Positions 1 to 10,200 of a stretch of 64,000 nt of DNA are shown here, piece after piece. The stretch comes from the human T2T-CHM13v2.0 reference genome, Homo sapiens: assembly GCF_009914755.1 (NCBI RefSeq), contig NC_060928.1, one strand, 5' to 3'. Position 1 is the first letter of the stretch. Each line of letters opens with the position of its first letter. A program made the position numbers and the translations under genes. Below the pieces are notes generated by a model, which was given only the letters and a program-made list of their open reading frames with translations, was not told the origin of the DNA and did not search any database.

Positions 1-162
1 AAAAGGAAATATCTTCCCATAAAAACTAGACAGAAGCATTCTCAGAAACTTGTTTGTGATGTGTGTATTCAACTAACAGAGTTGAACTTTTGTTTTTACA
101 GAGCCGTTTTAAAACACTCTTTTTGTGGAATCAGAAAGTGGATATTCGGATGGCTCTGAGGA

Positions 163-179
163 TTTCGTTGGAAGCGGGA
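163..179 (+). promoter_or_regulatory. CENP-B box, m1 (intact core; repeated in every unit)
   Basis: TTTCGTTGGAAGCGGGA matches the NTTCGNNNNANNCGGGN core. Confidence 0.9.
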
Positions 180-500
180 TTACATATAAAATCTAGAGAG
201 AAGCATTCTCAGGAACTTCTTTGTGATGTTTGCATTGAAGTCACAGAATTGAACATTCACTTTGATAGAGCAGGTTTGAAACACTCATTCTGTAGTATCT
301 GGAAGTGGACATTTCAAGCGCTTTCAGGCCTATGGTGAGAAAGGAAATATCTTCGAATAAAAACTAGACAGAAGCATCCTCAGAAACTTATTTGTGATGT
401 GTGTCCTCAACTAACAGAGTTGAAACTTTGTTTTGATACAGCATTTTGGAAACACTCTTTTTGTAGAATCTGCAGGTGGATATTTGGATAGCTTAGAGGG

Positions 501-517
501 ATTCGTTGGAAAGGGGA
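501..517 (+). promoter_or_regulatory. Degenerate CENP-B box, m3
   Basis: ATTCGTTGGAAAGGGGA: core C13 is replaced by G. Confidence 0.85.
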
Positions 518-670
518 TATCTTCATATAAAATCTAGACAGAAGCATTCTCAGAAACTTATTTGTGATGTGTGTCCTCAACTAACAGAGTTGAACCTTGG
601 TTTTGATACAGCATTTTGGAAACACTCCTTTTGTAGAATCTGCAGGTGGATATGTGGATAGCTCTGAAGA

Positions 671-687
671 TTTCGTTGGAAACGGGA
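671..687 (+). promoter_or_regulatory. CENP-B box, m4 (intact)
   Basis: TTTCGTTGGAAACGGGA. Confidence 0.92.
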
Positions 688-1011
688 ATTTCTTCATATA
701 AAATCAAACAGAAGCATTCTCAGAAACTTCTCAGTGATGTTTGCATTCAGCTCATGGAGTTGAACACTTCCTTTCATAGAGCCGGTTTGAAACACTCTTT
801 CTGCACTACCTGGAAGAGGACATTTCGAGCGCTTTGAGTCCTATGGTGAAAAAGGAAATATCTTCTCATAAAAACCAGAAAGAAGCATTCTCAGAAACTT
901 CTTTGTGTTGTGTGTACTCATGTAACAGTGTTGAACCATCCTTTTGACAGAGCAGTTTTGAAACACTCTTTTTGTAGAATCTGCAAGTGGATATTTGGAT
1001 AGCTTTGAGGA

Positions 1012-1028
1012 TTTCGTTGGAAACGGGA
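1012..1028 (+). promoter_or_regulatory. CENP-B box, m6 (intact)
   Basis: TTTCGTTGGAAACGGGA. Confidence 0.92.
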
Positions 1029-1349
1029 TGACATATAATATCTAGAGAGAAGCATTCTCAGGAACTTCTTTGTGATGTTTGCATTCAAGTCACAGAATTG
1101 AACATTCCCTTTCATAGAGCAGGTTTGAAACACTCTTTCTCTAGTATCTGGAAGTGGGCATTTCAAGCGCTTTCAGGCCTATGGAGAGAAAGGAAATACC
1201 TTCAAATAAAAACTAGACAGAAGCATTCTCAGAAACTTATTTGTGATGTGTGTCCTCAACTAACAGAGTTGAACCTTTGTTTTGATACAGCATTTTGGAA
1301 ACACTCCTTTTGTAGAATCTGCAGGTGGATATTTGGATAACTTTGAAGA

Positions 1350-1366
1350 TTTCGTTGGAAACCGGA
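1350..1366 (+). promoter_or_regulatory. Degenerate CENP-B box, m8
   Basis: TTTCGTTGGAAACCGGA: core G14 is replaced by C. Confidence 0.85.
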
Positions 1367-1692
1367 ATATCTTCATATAAAATCAAGACAGAAGCATTCT
1401 CGGAAACATCTCTGTGATGTTTGCATTCAACTCAGTAGAGTTGAACACTTCCTTTCATAGAGCAGGTTTGAAACACTCTTTCTGCACTACCTGGAAGCGG
1501 ACATTTCGAGCGCTTTGAGGCCTATGGTGAAAAAGGAAATATCTTCTCATAAAAACCAGAAAGAAGCATTCTCAGAAACTTCTTTGTGTTGTGTGTACTC
1601 AAGTAACAGTGTTGAACCTTCCTTTTGACACAGCAGTTTTGAAACACTCTTTTGGTAGAATCTGCAAGTGGATATTTGGATAGCTTTGAGGA

Positions 1693-1709
1693 TTTCGTTG
1701 GAAACGGGT
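1693..1709 (+). promoter_or_regulatory. CENP-B box, m10 (intact core)
   Basis: TTTCGTTGGAAACGGGT. Confidence 0.88.
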
Positions 1710-1862
1710 TATCTTCATATAAAATCCAGACAGGAGCATTCTCAGAAACTTCTTTGTGCTGCATGTCCTCAATTCACAGAGCTGAACCTTTGTTTGGATA
1801 CAGCATTTTGGAAACATTCCTTTAGTAGAATCTGCAAGTTGATATTTAGATAGCTTTGAAGA

Positions 1863-1879
1863 TTTCGTTGGAAACGGGA
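1863..1879 (+). promoter_or_regulatory. CENP-B box, m11 (intact here; mutated in U14-U16 and U19)
   Basis: TTTCGTTGGAAACGGGA. Confidence 0.92.
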
Positions 1880-2019
1880 ATATCTTCATAGAAAATCTAG
1901 ACGGAAGCATTCTCAGAAACTGCTTTGTGATGTTTGCATTCAAGTCACAGAGTTGAATATTCCCTTTTATAGAGTAGGTTTGAAACACTCTTTCGGCAAT
2001 ACCTGGAAGTGGATATTTC

Positions 2020-2025
2020 GAGCTC
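2020..2025. other. SacI site (GAGCTC) in m12, apparently once per full HOR; absent from the 6-mer variant
   Basis: TTTCGAGCTCTTTG in m12. I saw no other GAGCTC in the unit by eye. It is useful as a physical marker of the 3.2 kb period. Confidence 0.7.
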
Positions 2026-2202
2026 TTTGAGGCCTATGGTTAAAAGGAAATATCTTCCCATAAAAACTAGACAGAAGCCGTCTCAGAAACTTGTTTGTGA
2101 TGTGTGTATTCAACTACCAGAGTTGAACATTTCTGTTACAGAGCAATTTTAAAACACTCTTTTTGTGGAATCTGAAAGTGGATAATTGGATAGCTTTGTG
2201 GA

Positions 2203-2219
2203 TTTCGTTGGAAACGGGA
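2203..2219 (+). promoter_or_regulatory. CENP-B box, m13 (intact)
   Basis: TTTCGTTGGAAACGGGA. Confidence 0.92.
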
Positions 2220-2540
2220 TGACGTATAAAATCTAGAGAGAAGCATTCTCAGGAACTTCTTTGTGATGTTTGCATTCAAGTCACAGAATTGAACATTCCT
2301 TTTCATAGTGCAGGTTTGAAACACTCTTTCTGTAGTATCTGGAAGTGGACATTTCAAGCGCTTTCAGGCCTACGGGGAGAAAGGAAATATCTTCAAATAA
2401 AAACTAGACAGAAGGATTCTCAGAAACTTATTTGTGATGTGTGTCCTAAACGAACACAGTTGAACCTTTGTTTAGATACAGCATTTTGGAAACACTCCTT
2501 TTGTAGGATCTGCAGGTGGATATTTGGATAGATTTTAAGA

Positions 2541-2557
2541 TTTCGTTGGAAACGGGA
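2541..2557 (+). promoter_or_regulatory. CENP-B box, m15 (intact)
   Basis: TTTCGTTGGAAACGGGA. Confidence 0.92.
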
Positions 2558-2882
2558 GTTTCTTCATAGAAACTCAAGACAGATGCATTCTCAGAAACAT
2601 CTCTGTGATGTTTGCATTCCACTCATAGAGTTGAAAACTTCCTTTCATAGAGCAGGTTTGAAACACTCTTTTTGTAATATTTGGAAGTGGACATTTGCAG
2701 CGCTTTGAGGCCTATGGTGAAAAAGGAAATATCTTCTCATAAAAACCAGAAACAAGCATTCTCAGAAACTTCTTTTTGATGTGTGTACTCAAATAACAGA
2801 GTTGAACCTTCCTTTTGACACAGCAGTTTTGAAACAATCTTTTTGTAGAATCTGCAAGTGGATATTTGGATAGCTTTGAGGA

Positions 2883-2899
2883 TTTCGTTGGAAACGGGA
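2883..2899 (+). promoter_or_regulatory. CENP-B box, m17 (intact)
   Basis: TTTCGTTGGAAACGGGA. Confidence 0.92.
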
Positions 2900-3052
2900 T
2901 ATCTTCATATAAAATCTAGACAGAAGCATTCTCAGAAACTTCTTTGTGCTGTATGTCCTCAATTAACAGAGTTGAACCATTGCTTGGATACAGCATTTTG
3001 GAAACATTCCTTTAGTAGAATCTGCAAGTTGATATTTAGATAGATTTGAAGA

Positions 3053-3069
3053 TTTCGTTGGAAAAGGGA
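3053..3069 (+). promoter_or_regulatory. Degenerate CENP-B box, m18
   Basis: TTTCGTTGGAAAAGGGA: core C13 is replaced by A. Confidence 0.85.
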
Positions 3070-3223
3070 ATATCTCCATATAAAATCTAGACGGAAGCAT
3101 TCTCAGAAACTGCTTTGTGATGTTTCCATTCAAGTCACAGAGTTGAATATTCCCTTTTATAGAGCACGTTTGAAACACTCTTTCTGCACTATCTGGAAGT
3201 GGACATTTCGAGCGCTTTGAGGC

Positions 3224-3240
3224 CTATGGTGAAAAAGGAA
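3224..3240 (+). promoter_or_regulatory. pJalpha-type (A-box) motif, example in m19; related motifs in m2, m5, m7, m9, m12, m14, m16
   Basis: CTATGGTGAAAAAGGAA occupies the position homologous to the CENP-B box in A-type monomers. Confidence 0.75.
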
Positions 3241-3268
3241 ATATCTTCCCATAAAAATTAGACAGAAG

Positions 3269-4285
3269 CATTCTCAGAAACTTGTTTGTGATGTGTGTAT
3301 TCAACTAACAGAGTTGAACTTTTGTTTTTACAGAGCCGTTTTAAAACACTCTTTTTGTGGAATCAGAAAGTGGATATTCGGATGGCTCTGAGGATTTCGT
3401 TGGAAGCGGGATTACATATAAAATCTAGAGAGAAGCATTCTCAGGAACTTCTTTGTGATGTTTGCATTGAAGTCACAGAATTGAACATTCACTTTGATAG
3501 AGCAGGTTTGAAACACTCATTCTGTAGTATCTGGAAGTGGACATTTCAAGCGCTTTCAGGCCTATGGTGAAAAAGGAAATATCTTCGAATAAAAACTAGA
3601 CAGAAGCATCCTCAGAAACTTATTTGTGATGTGTGTCCTCAACTAACAGAGTTGAAACTTTGTTTTGATACAGCATTTTGGAAACACTCCTTTTGTAGAA
3701 TCTGCAGGTGGATATGTGGATAGCTCTGAAGATTTCGTTGGAAACGGGAATTTCTTCATATAAAATCAAACAGAAGCATTCTCAGAAACTTCTCAGTGAT
3801 GTTTGCATTCAGCTCATGGAGTTGAACACTTCCTTTCATAGAGCCGGTTTGAAACACTCTTTCTGCACTACCTGGAAGAGGCCATTTCGAGCGCTTTGAG
3901 TCCTATGGTGAAAAAGGAAATATCTTCTCATAAAAACCAGAAAGAAGCATTCTCAGAAACTTCTTTGTGTTGTGTGTACTCATGTAACAGTGTTGAACCA
4001 TCCTTTTGACAGAGCAGTTTTGAAACACTCTTTTTGTAGAATCTGCAAGTGGATATTTGGATAGCTTTGAGGATTTCGTTGGAAACGGGATGACATATAA
4101 TATCTAGAGAGAAGCATTCTCAGGAACTTCTTTGTGCTGTTTGCATTCAAGTCACAGAATTGAACATTCCCTTTCATAGAGCAGATTTGAAACACTCTTT
4201 CTCTAGTATCTGGAAGTGGGCATTTCAAGCGCTTTCAGGCCTATTGAGAGAAAGGAAATACCTTCAAATAAAAACTAGACAGAAG
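3269..4285 (+). repeat. HOR structural variant U2: 1,017 bp 6-mer (m1, m2, m3/m4 hybrid, m5, m6, m7)
   Basis: The m1 ORF recurs at 3295 and 4312 (1,017 bp apart). It lacks 170 bp between m3 and m4, and m7 joins directly to m1 (m8-m19, 2,045 bp, absent): 3232-170-2045=1017. Confidence 0.93.
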
Positions 4286-7200
4286 CATTCTCAGAAACTT
4301 GTTTGTGATGTGTGTATTCAACTAACAGAGTTGAACTTTTGTTTTTACAGAGCCGTTTTAAAACACTCTTTTTGTGGAATCAGAAAGTGGATATTCGGAT
4401 GGCTCTGAGGATTTCGTTGGAAGCGGGATTACATATAAAATCTAGAGAGAAGCATTCTCAGGAACTTCTTTGTGATGTTTGCATTGAAGTCACAGAATTG
4501 AACATTCACTTTGATAGAGCAGGTTTGAAACACTCATTCTGTAGTATCTGGAAGTGGACATTTCAAGCGCTTTCAGGCCTATGGTGAGAAAGGAAATATC
4601 TTCGAATAAAAACTAGACAGAAGCATCCTCAGAAACTTATTTGTGATGTGTGTCCTCAACTAACAGAGTTGAAACTTTGTTTTGATACAGCATTTTGGAA
4701 ACACTCTTTTTGTAGAATCTGCAGGTGGATATTTGGATAGCTTAGAGGGATTCGTTGGAAAGGGGATATCTTCATATAAAATCTAGACAGAAGCATTCTC
4801 AGAAACTTATTTGTGATGTGTGTCCTCAACTAACAGAGTTGAACCTTGGTTTTGATACAGCATTTTGGAAACACTCCTTTTGTAGAATCTGCAGGTGGAT
4901 ATGTGGATAGCTCTGAAGATTTCGTTGGAAACGGGAATTTCTTCATATAAAATCAAACAGAAGCATTCTCAGAAACTTCTCAGTGATGTTTGCATTCAGC
5001 TCATGGAGTTGAACACTTCCTTTCATAGAGCCGGTTTGAAACACTCTTTCTGCACTACCTGGAAGAGGACATTTCGAGCGCTTTGAGTCCTATGGTGAAA
5101 AAGGAAATATCTTCTCATAAAAACCAGAAAGAAGCATTCTCAGAAACTTCTTTGTGTTGTGTGTACTCATGTAACAGTGTTGAACCATCCTTTTGACAGA
5201 GCAGTTTTGAAACACTCTTTTTGTAGAATCTGCAAGTGGATATTTGGATAGCTTTGAGGATTTCGTTGGAAACGGGATGACATATAATATCTAGAGAGAA
5301 GCATTCTCAGGAACTTCTTTGTGATGTTTGCATTCAAGTCACAGAATTGAACATTCCCTTTCATAGAGCAGGTTTGAAACACTCTTTCTCTAGTATCTGG
5401 AAGTGGGCATTTCAAGCGCTTTCAGGCCTATGGAGAGAAAGGAAATACCTTCAAATAAAAACTAGACAGAAGCATTCTCAGAAACTTATTTGTGATGTGT
5501 GTCCTCAACTAACAGAGTTGAACCTTTGTTTTGATACAGCATTTTGGAAACACTCCTTTTGTAGAATCTGCAGGTGGATATTTGGATAACTTTGAAGATT
5601 TCGTTGGAAACCGGAATATCTTCATATAAAATCAAGACAGAAGCATTCTCGGAAACATCTCTGTGATGTTTGCATTCAACTCAGTAGAGTTGAACACTTC
5701 CTTTCATAGAGCAGGTTTGAAACACTCTTTCTGCACTACCTGGAAGCGGACATTTCGAGCGCTTTGAGGCCTATGGTGAAAAAGGAAATATCTTCTCATA
5801 AAAACCAGAAAGAAGCATTCTCAGAAACTTCTTTGTGTTGTGTGTACTCAAGTAACAGTGTTGAACCTTCCTTTTGACACAGCAGTTTTGAAACACTCTT
5901 TTGGTAGAATCTGCAAGTGGATATTTGGATAGGTTTGAGGATTTCGTTGGAAACGGGTTATCTTCATATAAAATCCAGACAGGAGCATTCTCAGAAACTT
6001 CTTTGTGCTGCATGTCCTCAATTCACAGAGCTGAACCTTTGTTTGGATACAGCATTTTGGAAACATTCCTTTAGTAGAATCTGCAAGTTGATATTTAGAT
6101 AGCTTTGAAGATTTCGTTGGAAACGGGAATATCTTCATAGAAAATCTAGACGGAAGCATTCTCAGAAACTGCTTTGTGATGTTTGCATTCAAGTCACAGA
6201 GTTGAATATTCCCTTTTATAGAGTAGGTTTGAAACACTCTTTCGGCACTACCTGGAAGTGGATATTTCGAGCTCTTTGAGGCCTATGGTTAAAAGGAAAT
6301 ATCTTCCCATAAAAACTAGACAGAAGCCGTCTCAGAAACTTGTTTGTGATGTGTGTATTCAACTACCAGAGTTGAACATTTCTGTTACAGAGCAATTTTA
6401 AAACACTCTTTTTGTGGAATCTGAAAGTGGATAATTGGATAGCTTTGTGGATTTCGTTGGAAACGGGATGACGTATAAAATCTAGAGAGAAGCATTCTCA
6501 GGAACTTCTTTCTGATGTTTGCATTCAAGTCACAGAATTGAACATTCCTTTTCATAGTGCAGGTTTGAAACACTCTTTCTGTAGTATCTGGAAGTGGACA
6601 TTTCAAGCGCTTTCAGGCCTACGGGGAGAAAGGAAATATCTTCAAATAAAAACTAGACAGAAGGATTCTCAGAAACTTATTTGTGATGTGTGTCCTAAAC
6701 GAACACAGTTGAACCTTTGTTTTGATACAGTATTTTGGAAACACTCCTTTTGTAGGATCTGCAGGTGGATATTTGGATAGATTTTAAGATTTCGTTGGAA
6801 ACGGGAGTTTCTTCATAGAAACTCAAGACAGATGCATTCTCAGAAACATCTCTGTGATGTTTGCATTCCACTCATAGAGTTGAAAACTTCCTTTCATAGA
6901 GCAGGTTTGAAACACTCTTTTTGTAATATTTGGAAGTGGACATTTGCAGCGCTTTGAGGCCTATGGTGAAAAAGGAAATATCTTCTCATAAAAACCAGAA
7001 ACAAGCATTCTCAGAAACTTCTTTTTGATGTGTGTACTCAAGTAACAGAGTTGAACCTTCCTTTTGACACAGCAGTTTTGAAACAATCTTTTTGTAGAAT
7101 CTGCAAGTGGATATTTGGATAGCTTTGAGGATTTCGTTGGAAACGGGATATCTTCATATAAAATCTAGACAGAAGCATTCTCAGAAACTTCTTTGTGCTG

Positions 7201-10200
7201 TATGTCCTCAATTAACAGAGTTGAACCATTGCTTGGATACAGCATTTTGGAAACATTCCTTGAGTAGAATCTGCAAGTTGATATTTAGATAGATTTGAAG
7301 ATTTCGTTGGAAAAGGGAATATCTCCATATAAAATCTAGAGGGAAGCATTCTCAGAAACTGCTTTGTGATGTTTCCATTCAAGTCACAGAGTTGAATATT
7401 CCCTTTTATAGAGCACGTTTGAAACACTCTTTCTGCACTATCTGGAAGTGGACATTTCGAGCGCTTTGAGGCCTATGGTGAAAAAGGAAATATCTTCCCA
7501 TAAAAACTAGACAGAAGCATTCTCAGAAACTTGTTTGTGATGTGTGTATTCAACTAACAGAGTTGAACTTTTGTTTTTACAGAGCCGTTTTAAAACACTC
7601 TTTTTGTGGAATCAGAAAGTGGATATTCGGATGGCTCTGAGGATTTCGTTGGAAGCGGGATTACATATAAAATCTAGAGAGAAGCATTCTCAGGAACTTC
7701 TTTGTGATGTTTGCATTGAAGTCACAGAATTGAACATTCACTTTGATAGAGCAGGTTTGAAACACTCATTCTGTAGTATCTGGAAGTGGACATTTCAAGC
7801 GCTTTCAGGCCTATGGTGAGAAAGGAAATATCTTCGAATAAAAACTAGACAGAAGCATCCTCAGAAACTTATTTGTGATGTGTGTCCTCAACTAACAGAG
7901 TTGAAACTTTGTTTTGATACAGCATTTTGGAAACACTCTTTTTGTAGAATCTGCAGGTGGATATTTGGATAGCTTAGAGGGATTCGTTGGAAAGGGGATA
8001 TCTTCATATAAAATCTAGACAGAAGCATTCTCAGAAACTTATTTGTGATGTGTGTCCTCAACTAACAGAGTTGAACCTTGGTTTTGATACAGCATTTTGG
8101 AAACGCTCCTTTTGTAGAATCTGCAGGTGGATATGTGGATAGCTCTGAAGATTTCGTTGGAAACGGGAATTTCTTCATATAAAATCAAACAGAAGCATTC
8201 TCAGAAACTTCTCAGTGATGTTTGCATTCAGCTCATGGAGTTGAACACTTCCTTTCATAGAGCCGGTTTGAAACACTCTTTCTGCACTACCTGGAAGAGG
8301 ACATTTCGAGCGCTTTGAGTCCTATGGTGAAAAAGGAAATATCTTCTCATAAAAACCAGAAAGAAGCATTCTCAGAAACTTCTTTGTGTTGTGTGTACTC
8401 ATGTAACAGTGTTGAACCATCCTTTTGACAGAGCAGTTTTGAAACACTCTTTTTGTAGAATCTGCAAGTGGATATTTGGATAGCTTTGAGGATTTCGTTG
8501 GAAACGGGATGACATATAATATCTAGAGAGAAGCATACTCAGGAACTTCTTTGTGATGTTTGCATTCAAGTCACAGAATTGAACATTCCCTTTCATAGAG
8601 CAGGTTTGAAACACTCTTTCTCTAGTATCTGGAAGTGGGCATTTCAAGCGCTTTCAGGCCTATGGAGAGAAAGGAAATACCTTCAAATAAAAACTAGACA
8701 GAAGCATTCTCAGAAACTTATTTGTGATGTGTGTCCTCAACTAACAGAGTTGAACCTTTGTTTTGATACAGCATTTTGGAAACACTCCTTTTGTAGAATC
8801 TGCAGGTGGATATTTGGATAACTTTGAAGATTTCGTTGGAAACCGGAATATCTTCATATAAAATCAAGACAGAAGCATTCTCGGAAACATCTCTGTGATG
8901 TTTGCATTCAACTCAGTAGAGTTGAACACTTCCTTTCATAGAGCAGGTTTGAAACACTCTTTCTGCACTACCTGGAAGCGGACATTTCGAGCGCTTTGAG
9001 GCCTATGGTGAAAAAGGAAATATCTTCTCATAAAAACCAGAAAGAAGCATTCTCAGAAACTTCTTTGTGTTGTGTGTACTCAAGTAACAGTGTTGAACCT
9101 TCCTTTTGACACAGCAGTTTTGAAACACTCTTTTGGTAGAATCTGCAAGTGGATATTTGGATAGCTTTGAGGATTTCGTTGGAAACGGGTTATCTTCATA
9201 TAAAATCCAGACAGGAGCATTCTCAGAAACTTCTTTGTGCTGCATGTCCTCAATTCACAGAGCTGAACCTTTGTTTGGATACAGCATTTTGGAAACATTC
9301 CTTTAGTAGAATCTGCAAGTTGATATTTAGATAGCTTTGAAGATTTCGTTGGAAACGGGAATATCTTCATAGAAAATCTAGACGGAAGCATTCTCAGAAA
9401 CTGCTTTGTGATGTTTGCATTCAAGTCACAGAGTTGAATATTCCCTTTTATAGAGTAGGTTTGAAACACTCTTTCGGCACTACCTGGAAGTGGATATTTC
9501 GAGCTCTTTGAGGCCTATGGTTAAAAGGAAATATCTTCCCATAAAAACTAGACAGAAGCCGTCTCAGAAACTTGTTTGTGATGTGTGTATTCAACTACCA
9601 GAGTTGAACATTTCTGTTACAGAGCAATTTTAAAACACTCTTTTTGTGGAATCTGAAAGTGGATAATTGGATAGCTTTGTGGATTTCGTTGGAAACGGGA
9701 TGACGTATAAAATCTAGAGAGAAGCATTCTCAGGAACTTCTTTCTGATGTTTGCATTCAAGTCACAGAATTGAACATTCCTTTTCATAGTGCAGGTTTGA
9801 AACACTCTTTCTGTAGTATCTGGAAGTGGACATTTCAAGCGCTTTCAGGCCTACGGGGAGAAAGGAAATATCTTCAAATAAAAACTAGACAGAAGGATTC
9901 TCAGAAACTTATTTGTGATGTGTGTCCTAAACGAACACAGTTGAACCTTTGTTTAGATACAGCATTTTGGAAACACTCCTTTTGTAGGATCTGCAGGTGG
10001 ATATTTGGATAGATTTTAAGATTTCGTTGGAAACGGGAGTTTCTTCATAGAAACTCAAGACAGATGCATTCTCAGAAACATCTCTGTGATGTTTGCATTC
10101 CACTCATAGAGTTGAAAACTTCCTTTCATAGAGCAGGTTTGAAACACTCTTTTTGTAATATTTGGAAGTGGACATTTGCAGCGCTTTGAGGCCTATGGTG

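Larger units (their letters stand above)
37..3268 (+). repeat. HOR unit U1, canonical 19-mer (reference for monomer numbering m1-m19; phase arbitrary)
   Basis: Monomer starts read at 37, 204, 375, 545, 715, 886, 1053, 1224, 1395, 1567, 1737, 1908, 2078, 2244, 2415, 2586, 2757, 2927 and 3098; m1 recurs at 3269. Type order is B A B* B A B A B* A B B A B A B A B B* A (B* = degenerate CENP-B box). Confidence 0.93.

Noticed and set aside
311-330. Short palindromes in A-type monomers (AAGCGCTT, AGGCCT, GAGCTC, TCTAGA) as possible cruciform or terminator structures
   Set aside because: They are only 6-8 bp and are ordinary alphoid consensus features. No stable hairpin can be claimed without folding calculations.
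1599-1988. Longest ORF (129 aa, minus strand), kept open in all full units
   Set aside because: Its conservation follows from near-identity of the HOR copies, and the peptide is an internally repeated translation of successive monomers.
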